DNA from: a virus
Lineage: Duplodnaviria; Caudoviricetes
Virus record (IMG/VR): IMGVR_UViG_3300001355_000035
Coordinates: 1-31,301 of that record
Strand: one strand, 5' to 3'
Length of the DNA: 31,301 nt
Shown here: positions 15,389 through 26,000 of the stretch, piece after piece
Position numbering within the stretch: the first letter of the stretch is position 1
How the letters are laid out: each line of letters opens with the position of its first letter
The notes under the pieces: model-generated
Told to the model about the DNA's origin: nothing
The model's database searches: none
What the model saw: only the letters and a program-made list of their open reading frames with translations
Program-made: the position numbers and the translations under genes

Positions 15389-17331
15389 TGGCACAAAGAG
15401 ACGTCGACGGTGGCGGACCTATAACGCCCCCTGTACCCAAATGGCAGTCATTCGTAGATAAAATACAAGGAGATGCTAAAACAGCATATAATGATGTTGC
15501 TAAGAGCGCCGCCTTTTCTGCCAACGACCTAAAAAATTCTAGAGAAACATTGATCAATTCGGTATCTGGAGAAATTAAAGGCGGCATACAATCTCTTAGA
15601 TCGGAAGCAGACCAATTTAAAGATAAACTTAATAACACGACTGCAGAAGGTTTAATAACCGATGGCGTTAATAGTTTAAAAAACATGGCTAAAACAAAAG
15701 TTAACGATCTTGTCGCCAGTACATTAACTTCTAAACTCGGCGCAAAACTTAGTGTCAATTTTATTGAAGACGAAAGAGGAAACCTTATAGTAGACGAGGC
15801 GTCGTTAGTTCCTGACGGTAACGATACAATCGCTAGTATTTTAAAAATATTAACAGGACTTTCCGGAGGAACGACTTCTCTTCAAAAAATAGTTACTGAT
15901 ACTGCGACTTCTCAAGTTAAAGCACAAGTAACCAATTTAGTGGGGAAGGTCGGATCTAAAGCCTCTGCTGCAGCTGTAAAAGAAGCAGCAAAAGAAGCAA
16001 TTAAAGACGGTAAAGATGCTTTTGCTGCGCAGTCTTTTACCAATGTTAATAATACGTTTTTTTATGATTCGGCAAATACTGGAATTAATGGGGCTGCAGG
16101 CGCGCCTATACAAGTTACTAGAAATATGCAAGATGCAACAGATTTTAAAAATTCTGTGTTAGCAGAGATAGATAAACAGGAGGAAGACGTTTCTATAGTA
16201 GTTCCTGCAGAATTAGAAATTGAGTATGATGAAGAAGGGTTTAAAAGAGATTTAGCGGAAATGACTGGAAAAGACGGTCAAACTGTTTTTAATTCAATTA
16301 ACGACAAAGATGATTCTTTAGATATTTTGGCAAATGAGACTACTAGATATTCAAATAAAATTTCTGCAAAATCTAACAACCCAGAACTTGGTTTATTAGA
16401 AGGCATTAGTACTTTTTTATTTACTGACGCATATGAGATAGTTCAAGAAATAGCGCCAGATATTCCTACTGACGTTCTTCAAAAAGTTGTAGCGTTATCT
16501 CAAGGAGACGCTGCAGATTTTTCAAATGCGGTTAGACTGGTCGATAAATTTAGTTCTAGTGATTATAACACTATAACGACAACTTTATTACAAGTAAATA
16601 CAAGTATCTCCGATGCAACTAAAGTGGAAATACAAGAAAAGGTTTTTTCTGATCCTATACAAATCGGAGAAAATAATGATTTTTCATATATTTCTTCAGT
16701 TGAAGAATTACAGGCTGAGTTTAGTTTAATCCGAAGAGATGTAGATAAAATAATTGTTCATTGGACAGAAACGCATACCAACAGAAATATTGGTTCAGAA
16801 GAAATAGACAAGTGGCAGGAAGGGATAGTTTATAATTTGATTATAAGAAGAGACGGATCCATCCAGAGAGGGTTGCCGTTTTCAAAAAACGGAAATCATG
16901 CTCCAGGTTACGATGAAAATTCTTTGGGCGTTTGTTTTGTCGGAGGTATTAACGCTCCAACAGGCACGCCCGATTATGAAAACTTTATATCTGCTGCTTC
17001 GTTAACTCGTTCGCAGTTAAATTCGTTCGACCACATATGTAAAGCGTTCTATGCTTATTATCCTGGCGGTACTATAACAGGACATAATGAAGTGGACGAA
17101 ACGCAGGAAGATCCGGGATTTGATGTTTTAGATTATGTTTTAGCGAGATTTGGTAAAGAAGAAGAATTAGAAAAAACGCCTATCTCTAATAAAACAAATA
17201 ATGGTGGTTCTATTGGATCAGTTTCTGAACTAACTACTCTGTCGACTACTACCTACACCGAGACAGCAGAAGGTAGCGTATTAGAAGAAACAGTCGAGCG
17301 TTTTAAAAAACAAGGTGGCGGTGATGACTAA
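15388..17331 (+). CDS. Large helical protein with C-terminal N-acetylmuramoyl-L-alanine amidase (Amidase_2, T7-lysozyme-like) domain
   Basis: IIVHWT, YNLIIRRDGSIQRG, G.HA.GY...SLGVCFVGG, Q..S, ITGHNEV, DPGFDV. Confidence 0.85.
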   Translation: MAQRDVDGGGPITPPVPKWQSFVDKIQGDAKTAYNDVAKSAAFSANDLKNSRETLINSVSGEIKGGIQSLRSEADQFKDKLNNTTAEGLITDGVNSLKNMAKTKVNDLVASTLTSKLGAKLSVNFIEDERGNLIVDEASLVPDGNDTIASILKILTGLSGGTTSLQKIVTDTATSQVKAQVTNLVGKVGSKASAAAVKEAAKEAIKDGKDAFAAQSFTNVNNTFFYDSANTGINGAAGAPIQVTRNMQDATDFKNSVLAEIDKQEEDVSIVVPAELEIEYDEEGFKRDLAEMTGKDGQTVFNSINDKDDSLDILANETTRYSNKISAKSNNPELGLLEGISTFLFTDAYEIVQEIAPDIPTDVLQKVVALSQGDAADFSNAVRLVDKFSSSDYNTITTTLLQVNTSISDATKVEIQEKVFSDPIQIGENNDFSYISSVEELQAEFSLIRRDVDKIIVHWTETHTNRNIGSEEIDKWQEGIVYNLIIRRDGSIQRGLPFSKNGNHAPGYDENSLGVCFVGGINAPTGTPDYENFISAASLTRSQLNSFDHICKAFYAYYPGGTITGHNEVDETQEDPGFDVLDYVLARFGKEEELEKTPISNKTNNGGSIGSVSELTTLSTTTYTETAEGSVLEETVERFKKQGGGDD

Positions 17332-18751
17332 TACTACTGATTCTATAAAAGAAAGAGAAGAAAAATTCGGACCAGAAATTGACACCAGTCCAGGAGTCCC
17401 TATAGACGGATTTTCAGATCCTAATGGAGAATATCCTAATCGAGAATATTTTTACGGTTCTGGTATATCTAAAGCGGCGAGAGGAGAAAAAATTAATGTT
17501 TTATATTCTGGCGGCGGCGACTTGGGCGTCGACGTCAGCGTGTCTGAACAAAAACCTTCTCAATATCCGTATAATCAGGCGCAAGAAACGCAATCGGGTC
17601 ATTCTTTTGAAATGGACGATACTCCTGGCGGCGAAAGAATTTTAGTTAAACATAGAACTGGCGCAGGAATAGAACTTCGCGCTGATGGCAGCGTTATAAT
17701 TTCTTCTAAAAGCAAAAAAGTATCAGTTACCGGCGGAAACGAAGTTGTTATAGTCGAAGGCAAAGCAGATTTAGTTTATAAAGGCGACGTTACGCTAAGA
17801 GTTGAGGGCGATTTTAATGTCGACGTTGAAGGTGATTATAATTTAAATATTGCTGGCGATAAAGTTGAAAACATTAAAGGAAGGCATAAAAAAGTCGTCG
17901 ATAAAGATCAAAACTATACTATCCGAGGTTCCAGAGGAACCCAAGTTGGTAATGTAAATACAGAAACGATTTTGGGAACCAACAATTTTCTAGTAAAAGG
18001 AAACCAAAATTTTTATGTAGAAGGTAATATTGAAATGGCGGCTGGCGGTGATTTAACTCAATCATCGACAAATGAATGGACTGTTTCTGCTAATGTTGCG
18101 AATTTAACAGCAAGAACAGTTTCTATGCTGGGGCATAAAGGAACGTTTGGCGGACTTTTATGTGATTTCCAAGGAAAACATTTTGGCGGTCTTCCTTTAG
18201 GATTAACTAGTACCGCAACTTTTTATGGAACGTTATTAGGAAAAGCAAGCGAAGCAGTACATTCAGATATGGCGGGGTTTGCATACATGGCGGCTTTTGC
18301 TTCTACTGCTGGTGTAGCAGCAGTGGGAACGCCAGTCCCAGTACCCCCCGTTCCTGGGATTACTCCTTTTCTTCCCACTCCAAGTTTGAATATTCCTTCA
18401 GCGCCGATTATTGAAGCGCAGTTAATGACTACGAAATACGGTATAAGAAACGTTTCGATAGATTCTAAGTTAAGAGAAAAAATTGAGTTGAGAGACGAGT
18501 ATTTTAATGCTTTTAATTTTGTTCCTAACGTACATCAAGTTCGATCTAAACTTAGAGACCCGCAGTGGAGAAAAAATTCAAAATTAACTGCAGTATTGGT
18601 ATCTGAAGGAAGATTAGGCGCTGGATTTGCCAAAACGATTTCTCCTAAAATAGGAAGAACTGTTGGTAAAAAAGGAACCGTAAATTTTGGCGTAAATTTA
18701 ATCGGCAACAATCCTGCAGATAATAGAAGTAAGAGATTTAAAATATTATGA
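17324..18751 (+). CDS. gp5: gp5 C-terminal spike (triple beta-helix) protein with a long C-terminal extension
   Basis: GF.DP.G.YP, YPYNQ..ET.SGH..E.DDTPG.ERI...HRTG, and V.G[DN] octapeptide repeats. ATG 17324 with AAGGTGG upstream (track start 17315). Confidence 0.9.
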   Translation: MTNTTDSIKEREEKFGPEIDTSPGVPIDGFSDPNGEYPNREYFYGSGISKAARGEKINVLYSGGGDLGVDVSVSEQKPSQYPYNQAQETQSGHSFEMDDTPGGERILVKHRTGAGIELRADGSVIISSKSKKVSVTGGNEVVIVEGKADLVYKGDVTLRVEGDFNVDVEGDYNLNIAGDKVENIKGRHKKVVDKDQNYTIRGSRGTQVGNVNTETILGTNNFLVKGNQNFYVEGNIEMAAGGDLTQSSTNEWTVSANVANLTARTVSMLGHKGTFGGLLCDFQGKHFGGLPLGLTSTATFYGTLLGKASEAVHSDMAGFAYMAAFASTAGVAAVGTPVPVPPVPGITPFLPTPSLNIPSAPIIEAQLMTTKYGIRNVSIDSKLREKIELRDEYFNAFNFVPNVHQVRSKLRDPQWRKNSKLTAVLVSEGRLGAGFAKTISPKIGRTVGKKGTVNFGVNLIGNNPADNRSKRFKIL

Positions 18752-19380
18752 AAATTTCAGTTGACCCGAAATACGACCCACGAAACCAATCTGAAATATT
18801 GGGAAGTACTTCTTTAGCAGATGGAGTAACTTGTTCTAAATTTTTAGGATCTAGGGGATCCAGAACAAATTTTGATAGATTGTATAACAAGTCTTTTGAT
18901 GGACCCGCAGATCGATTTGAAATAACAAATTACCTTTATCTACAAACACAAATTTACAAAATGGCGACGGAATATGTAAATTTTGCCAATCATAGGGTAA
19001 TTATTTCTGATGGCGTGTATGAACCTACGCCATATTTCGTACAAGGTTCATATGCTGGCGAAACGCCGAGCGCAAATAGCATTAACGATTATCGTAGAAC
19101 TGGGAGGGCGATAGGTTATCAAATTATAGACAAGAAAGGAAAATCTGATCCAGTCGCTTCTTTCGATTTAGCATCTTTTTGGAAAGATTATGCTAATTAC
19201 AATAAATTAATTTTAGAATATGATACTTATAACGTTGATGGTAGTATTACGGGAACAGTTTTTATAGTATTACCTGAAATTTCTTCTTTGGGTGATGATA
19301 TACGTTACTCAAAACTAATTGAAACGGTTTATAACGGCGAGTCACAAAGTAAATCAGATTTACAAGAAATCTTGGAATAA
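18748..19380 (+). CDS. Hypothetical virion-module protein, possibly a degenerate peptidase M15 fold
   Basis: Sits between gp5 and gp25. Segments IISDGVY, TGRAIGYQI and YNKLILEY resemble the M15A scaffold without the His/Asp/His ligands. Confidence 0.5.
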   Translation: MKISVDPKYDPRNQSEILGSTSLADGVTCSKFLGSRGSRTNFDRLYNKSFDGPADRFEITNYLYLQTQIYKMATEYVNFANHRVIISDGVYEPTPYFVQGSYAGETPSANSINDYRRTGRAIGYQIIDKKGKSDPVASFDLASFWKDYANYNKLILEYDTYNVDGSITGTVFIVLPEISSLGDDIRYSKLIETVYNGESQSKSDLQEILE

Positions 19381-19383
19381 TCT

Positions 19384-19391
19384 TATAAATA
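19384..19391 (+). promoter_or_regulatory. T4 late promoter
   Basis: TATAAATA followed by AAGGA sequences and the gp25 ATG at 19410. Confidence 0.88.
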
Positions 19392-19409
19392 AAAGGAAAA
19401 GGAATTTCA

Positions 19410-19850
19410 ATGGCCAAATTACTATCTTCAGAAGATGGTAACCTCAATAGTAGCATTAGAATAACGACAGAGCAAAAGTATAAAGATATTGATTTAACTC
19501 TCTCGACGTTTTCTGATACCGGAGAAATTTACTTAAAAAAAGACGCGGCATCCGTAAAACAATCTGTAAAAAATTTACTGTTGACAAATCGTTTTGACAA
19601 ACCGTTTAATCCAGAATACGGCGCAAATTTACAAGGGTTATTATTCGATTTAAGTGAAGGAAACAGCGATTTTGAGATTAACGAAAGAATTAGAAAATCA
19701 ATTAATATCTATGAACCAAGAGCGATTATACAAGAGATAAGAGTTAACTCTTCGCCCGAGCGTAATGTTGTAAACGTTAGAATTGAATTTAAGGTTAAGA
19801 ATTTAGCGTCTACTGAAGTTATAGAAACTACAATTTCAAGGTTAAGGTAA
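19410..19850 (+). CDS. gp25: Baseplate wedge subunit gp25
   Basis: YKDIDL, SVKQSVKNLLLT...KPFNP.YG..L..LLF, YEPR, terminal RLR. Confidence 0.95.
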   Translation: MAKLLSSEDGNLNSSIRITTEQKYKDIDLTLSTFSDTGEIYLKKDAASVKQSVKNLLLTNRFDKPFNPEYGANLQGLLFDLSEGNSDFEINERIRKSINIYEPRAIIQEIRVNSSPERNVVNVRIEFKVKNLASTEVIETTISRLR

Positions 19851-21682
19851 TGACAACTACTATTAAATCTACAGCATTAGATTTCACAGCAATAAAAAAT
19901 TCTTTAAAAGTTCATCTTCAGAACAGTTCTGAATTCGGATCTTCTGATTATAATTTTGAAGCTTCTGGGTTATCGAGTTTACTAGATGTTTTAGCGTATA
20001 ATACGCACTATAATGGTCTTATTGCAAATTACGCACTAAACGAATCGTTTCTTAGCACCGCTCAATTAAGATCTTCTGTCGTTGGTCTTGCCGGAGCAAT
20101 TGGATATTCTTCCGGATCTAAAGTATCTTCAAAAGCATTGGTTAATCTTAGGATTACTGGCGGACCAGCAGATACCACTATTACGCTGCCAGCGTATACT
20201 ACTTTTAGCACAAGTATAGGAAATAATTCTTTTGTTTTCCAAACATTAGAATCGTTTACTGCTATAAACGATGGTAGTAATAATTTTGATTTTAAAACTT
20301 CAACGGGTTCTAGCAATATTCCCATCTATGAAGGATCTATAAAAAGAAAAAGTTTTATCGCTGGTCCATATTCTGAACAAGATATTTTTGTTATACCAGA
20401 TAGCACGTTAGATTTGAATACTGTGATAGTAAAAGTTTATGAGTCTCCTGGTTCTTCTTCGTATACCACGTATACTAACATCAATCTTGCCACGACTATA
20501 TCATCGACGTCTACGATTTACATTATTAAAGAAGCGCCTAATGGTTACTACGAAATTTCGTTTGGAAATGGTTCTAATCTAGGTCGAGCGCCTCTTTCTG
20601 GTGAAAAAATTGAAGTAACTTACCTTTCTACTGCTGGCGCTTCGGGAAATCAAGCTCGTTCTTTTCAAAACGGAACTTTCAACCCAGGATCTTATACAGT
20701 ATCTCCTACCGTCGTTTCTGCTTCTTCTGGCGGACTTGAAAAAGAAGGTATAGAATCTATTCGTAAAAACGCTCCGTTTTTATATGCGGCACAAAATAGA
20801 ATGGTAACTGCAGAAGATTATGCAGCGCTCGCTCAAAGAAATTATTCCGGATATATCCAAGACATAAAATCTTGGGGCGGCGAAGATAACGTTCCTGCAA
20901 GATACGGCGCGGTTTATCTTTCCATTGATTATTTTAATGGAGTTGATGCTTCTACACAAGAATTTGTTGAAAATGGAATAACTACACTCGCGGCAGATTT
21001 GTCTGTTGCTTCGTTTGACGTGTTTTATGCTAAACCAGTTACCACTTATGTAGAAACAGAAACCATTTTTCAATTTAATCCTAAATTGACTGGTTTAACC
21101 GAATCTACTATTAAATCAAACGTTCGTTCAGCAATTTCTAATTATTTTACTTCAAGCACAGGAACTTTTGATAAGACGTTTAGAAGATCTAATATGTTGA
21201 CGACTGTTGATGCCGTCGATCCTTCAGTATTATCTTCTCGTTCTAATATTAAAATGCAACAAAGAAGATCTATTAGTAGTAATGATTATGATCAACCTAT
21301 TTTGTTAGGGACGACTAAAGATTATTCTTTTATTTTTGCTGCATCTATAGAGTCTGCTAAATCTGATAGTTATACTATAACATCAACAAACTTTGTATAC
21401 AATGGTCAAACCTGTTTCCTAAGAAATAAATTAGGATCGACTGATTTGCAGATTATATCTTTATCCACAGGAAAAACTATTGTTAGTAACACAGGAAGTT
21501 ATGTTCCTGAAACTGGTGTTGTGAACATTGTTGGATTCAATATTTCTTCCTATTTTGGTAGCTATTTGGCAATTAAAGCAGTTCCTGCAAATCAGTCGGC
21601 GATTACGCCATTAAGAAATAACGTTTTAGAACATGACAATAATTTATCTACTGTTTCGGCAGTCGTTACATCGTCATTATAA
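19850..21682 (+). CDS. gp6: Baseplate wedge subunit gp6
   Basis: LDF..IK.SL, DYNFEASGLS.LLDVLAYNTHY, NESFL.TAQLRSSVV, ESIR.NAP..YAAQNRMVTAEDY, WGGEDN.P..YG.VY. Confidence 0.96.
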   Translation: MTTTIKSTALDFTAIKNSLKVHLQNSSEFGSSDYNFEASGLSSLLDVLAYNTHYNGLIANYALNESFLSTAQLRSSVVGLAGAIGYSSGSKVSSKALVNLRITGGPADTTITLPAYTTFSTSIGNNSFVFQTLESFTAINDGSNNFDFKTSTGSSNIPIYEGSIKRKSFIAGPYSEQDIFVIPDSTLDLNTVIVKVYESPGSSSYTTYTNINLATTISSTSTIYIIKEAPNGYYEISFGNGSNLGRAPLSGEKIEVTYLSTAGASGNQARSFQNGTFNPGSYTVSPTVVSASSGGLEKEGIESIRKNAPFLYAAQNRMVTAEDYAALAQRNYSGYIQDIKSWGGEDNVPARYGAVYLSIDYFNGVDASTQEFVENGITTLAADLSVASFDVFYAKPVTTYVETETIFQFNPKLTGLTESTIKSNVRSAISNYFTSSTGTFDKTFRRSNMLTTVDAVDPSVLSSRSNIKMQQRRSISSNDYDQPILLGTTKDYSFIFAASIESAKSDSYTITSTNFVYNGQTCFLRNKLGSTDLQIISLSTGKTIVSNTGSYVPETGVVNIVGFNISSYFGSYLAIKAVPANQSAITPLRNNVLEHDNNLSTVSAVVTSSL

Positions 21683-21685
21683 ATA
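21678..21685 (+). promoter_or_regulatory. T4 late promoter overlapping the gp6 stop codon
   Basis: TATAAATA containing the TAA at 21680-21682. Confidence 0.8.
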
Positions 21686-21707
21686 ACTTTTATTTAAGAG
21701 AAAAATA

Positions 21708-23078
21708 GTGTCTACTGGAGCAACTACTAATAATTATACTAACAATGTTTTTGAATTGTTAGATAGCGATTTATCCGATAATCGTTATTACATCGCCATT
21801 GGGTCTAACGATTTGTGGTCCGGTGATCCTCCCAGTGCAGTAGGATCTATTAGAAATTCTCATCTGGTTAGGCAAAGGTTGCATTCATACAAAAGATCGA
21901 CGCTTGCTTCTTTTGTAGTCCCTCGAGTCAATTACGATAACTCAGGAAGCACTTCATATAACGCATATGACGACAACGATTTAAATTTAACTAATTTTTA
22001 CGTGTTAACAGATAACGACGAAGTTTTTGTTTGTATACAAAAACCCGATCCAAACAGTAGTCAACTTTCGACAATAAAACCAACTACCGCAGCACAAGCG
22101 GTAGTTCATCCTTACAATCCAGCGAGATCTTACAAAACTTCAGATGGATATGTTTGGAGGTTTTTATACAAGTTAAGCAATCTAGCAAAAGAAAAATTTT
22201 TGACAACAAATTATATGCCTGTTAAAGTTATTACCTCTTCTGCTCCTACTATTACAGAAGAAATTCAACAAAACGCATTACAAGATAGTGCTATCGACGG
22301 AGAAATCATAAATTTTGTTGTTACTGGTTCTGGAACAGGAAATACTGTAGGTGGGCGTACCCAAAATCCGCTTACTGTACATGGAGCAGGTTTTGGCGCT
22401 GGAGCAGATTTTTTTGGATTCGGTAATTCCAACGGAGAAATGATTAAAATTCATATAGATTCTGACGGATCTGGATTAATAAAACACGGTTCTGGATACA
22501 GAGCAGCAGTCGTTTCGCCAGATAATCCTGGTGCTTCTTTTACTGCACGATCAGTTCTTGGACCCATTGGCGGTCTAAATTCTAATCCAGTATTGACTCT
22601 AAATTCTGAGAATCTGATGATTACTGCAGAAATACAAGACGATGAAGGAACAGCAGGTCTTTCTGTCGGATCAAGGTTTCATCAAGTAGCATTAATTAAA
22701 AATCCAAAAGATAGCGATGGGAACTTTATTTCCCTTGACGCTGCTAATGCTCTTAGAAAACTTACTGTTTCGAGCTTGTCGGGAATTACTGTAAACGGAA
22801 CTATTACTGGACAAACTTCTGGCGCGTCAGCTCTGGTGGTCGATACCGTTATTGGTCCGCCCAATTATGTGTACTACACACAAAGAGATTCTGATGGATT
22901 GAAACCGTTTCAAATCGGAGAATCTTTAGGGTCACAAACAATAACTGCTGACACTGCGGGTTCGGTAAATCCTTTTACTGGCGAACTTCAATTTTATGAT
23001 AATGTAGCAACAGTAGTCAGACAATCTTCGCAAACTGAAGATTTAAAAATTATTATAAATTTATCTAAATGCATATAG
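21708..23078 (+). CDS. gp8: Baseplate wedge subunit gp8 (GTG start)
   Basis: YYIAIG...W, VVPR.NY, FYVLTD..EVFVC, ST.KPT, TSDGYVWRFLY, FLT.NYMPV, terminal R...QTEDLKIII. Confidence 0.88.
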   Translation: MSTGATTNNYTNNVFELLDSDLSDNRYYIAIGSNDLWSGDPPSAVGSIRNSHLVRQRLHSYKRSTLASFVVPRVNYDNSGSTSYNAYDDNDLNLTNFYVLTDNDEVFVCIQKPDPNSSQLSTIKPTTAAQAVVHPYNPARSYKTSDGYVWRFLYKLSNLAKEKFLTTNYMPVKVITSSAPTITEEIQQNALQDSAIDGEIINFVVTGSGTGNTVGGRTQNPLTVHGAGFGAGADFFGFGNSNGEMIKIHIDSDGSGLIKHGSGYRAAVVSPDNPGASFTARSVLGPIGGLNSNPVLTLNSENLMITAEIQDDEGTAGLSVGSRFHQVALIKNPKDSDGNFISLDAANALRKLTVSSLSGITVNGTITGQTSGASALVVDTVIGPPNYVYYTQRDSDGLKPFQIGESLGSQTITADTAGSVNPFTGELQFYDNVATVVRQSSQTEDLKIIINLSKCI

Positions 23079-23086
23079 GATAAAAG

Positions 23087-26000
23087 ATGACAACCAATAG
23101 AAACGCAACAACTTTTTCATCAACATATAAAGACGATTGGGATAAAGACGATCATTATCATCGTATTTTATTTAATAATGGTCGAGCGCTGCAAGCAAGA
23201 GAGCTTACGCAGATGCAGACCATTATTCAAGAAGAGATGGCAAGTTTTGGAAGAAATATTTTTAAAGAAGGTAGTGCAATTTCTGGCGGTGTCCCGAGTA
23301 TTAATGCTCAATACCGGTTTATAACTTTATCTGGGTCTCCAAATTTATCTACAGTTCAAGTTGGTATGATCTATACTAATGGCGTACAAAAAGCCAGGGT
23401 TTTAGAAGTAGATGATACTAACGATAAAATCTATCTTGGTTATGTAGATAACGGCGGATCCGCCGTTTCTTCTTTTACACAATTTATAAATTTAGACGCT
23501 ATATCAGATGAAGGAGGGGTCGGTCCAAATCTTACTGTTTCCGGAAACGGAACAGCAGTAAAGTTTTCAATTGAAGAAGGTCAATTTTTCGTATCAGGTC
23601 ATTTTGTACACAGCAGTAGTCAATCGCTTATATTAAACTCTTCCAGTCCTGTAGCAAATAAAACTGTAGGATTTAAAGTCGAAGAAAATATTGTTACTGT
23701 GAATGACGACACTGACTTATATGATAATGCAGGCGACACTGTTAATAGTTCGTCACCAGGAGCGGATAGATACCAAATTTTATTAACTCTTACAACAGAA
23801 GATCAGATTGCTGCTGATGAATCTTTTGTTTTTATTGCTAAAGTTGAAAACTCTACTATTACTGAAGTTGTAGATCTCAACGATTCATATAATCAAATTG
23901 AAGATATGTTGGCTCAGAGAACTTATGAAGAATCCGGAAATTATGTAATTAAACCCTTTACGGTTAATTTTGAAGAGTTTAATGACCAATCTGCTTCAGA
24001 TATGACTTTGATGGTTTCTGATGGTATCGCTTATGTTAATGGATATCGCTCAGAACAGCAGTCTCCGACGAAATTAATCGTTCCAAAACCTCAAGAAACT
24101 GAAACAGTTTCGGAAGAAGGTATAGGAGTATCTTATGGTAATTATTTTATTATTGACGGCATTACTGCGATGGGCGCAGGATCTGGCAACCTTTTCGGTA
24201 GTACTGCTGGTAATAGAAAGCATTATAAATTTTCATTATCAGGACCTACTGGAACATGTCATTTAAGGTTTCTAGAATATAGACAAGGTAAGATAAGAGC
24301 ATACGTATACGGATTAAAAATTACTTCTGGAAATATTGCTGATACTACTGCATTGGTAAACAGTTCTTTAGGCGTTACGCTTTCAGTTGAACAAAACAGC
24401 GTAGGCGTCACCACTTTGTACGAATCGGGAAATAATAACGCATTTGAATTATTGCCTAGAGTAAGACCTGCTACGATAGGATCTCCAGACACAACTATTA
24501 TTAGATCTCTTTCTACTGGTTCTTTAGGGAGCACTACTTATAATCTTCCTGCTGTAGCAGACGGATCTTATGTGAATCCAGATAATTGGATAGTATACAA
24601 TAGCACAGATAATGCAGATGAAACATCTACTGCTAATATTAATATCACCAGTAATACCATTAGTAATTTAACTTCTGGAAAAGATTACACGATTATTTTT
24701 ATGGTGGAATCGACTTCAAACAGCAACCAGGAAAGGGGTAAAGGTCTTTCTACTACTACTATCACCACCTCTTTGATTAACGATGCGAATGGCACGAAAT
24801 ATTTGCCTTTAGGGCAATATGACATTTATTCGATGGATTCTGTTCGATTTACGGACGCTACAGGGTCGGTTGCTACGCCGTATTTTAGGTTAGATAATGG
24901 ACAGAGAGACAATTACTATGCTAAAGGTAAATTAATATTAGATTCCGATATAAATTGGAACGGAACTGTTTATGCTAATTTTAAATATTTTAATAGGACT
25001 CTTTCTGCTAATGATAGGTATTACAGTGTAAATTCTTATCCTGCAAGTATTGGTTATTCTGGAATTCCGAATCATAAATTAGCAGACGGTACAATTTTAC
25101 CGTTAAGAAACGTTTTAGATTATCGTCCAGATTTTGATGAAGACCAGGATTCGGTTATATCTAATACTATATTTTCTTTTCCTAAAAATGGTACGAACGT
25201 TACGGCAGACGTTGATTACTATTTACCACGCGCCGACAAAATTTTGATTACGCAAGAAGGTGATGTTCAAGTATTGATGGGTCAACAAGCGCAAGACCCG
25301 CAATTTAAGAAAACCCCCGACAATTCGTTAGAATTGTACAAGGTTATTTTTAACGGAAACACTATAGACGAAAACGATTTGCAAGTTACGCCGATCGAGC
25401 ACAAACATTACACTATGGGCGATATCGCTAAAATCGAAGAAAAATTAGATCGTCTTGCTGATTATACTGAATTTAGTTTGCTGGAACTAGAAACAAAAAT
25501 GAATGCGGAGTTAGATAGCGCTGGGGACGAGAGGGCAGAATCTGGTATTTTAGTAGACGACGCTCAAGATCAAAAGTTGTCCGACGTCGGTTCTCCTGAT
25601 TACTGCTCATCAGTAGATCCTGATTCTAAACTGTTTAGACCGTGTTTTGACGAAGATAATGTTAGATTAATTTTTGACGGTGCTAATAATCCAACGGCAA
25701 ATAATGTTACCCGCAAAGGCGACTTAGTAATGTTGAATTTCGATTCGGATACTTGGATATCGCAACCTTTAGCATCAAGATCTGTTAATGTTAACCCAAC
25801 TGGAAAAGTTGACAACATAGGTTGTTTAGTGCTTTCTCCTTCCAGCGACGAATGGAAAAATTCAAAATACGACGCTTCTTACGCGTTGCCTGGGGCGAGT
25901 CGAATAGACGTTAAGCAAGCAAGGTTGTGGAACAATTGGCAGTGGAACTGGTCAGGAAGAGTTATCGAAAACGAACACGAGGATGTTGGAGATGATTTTA

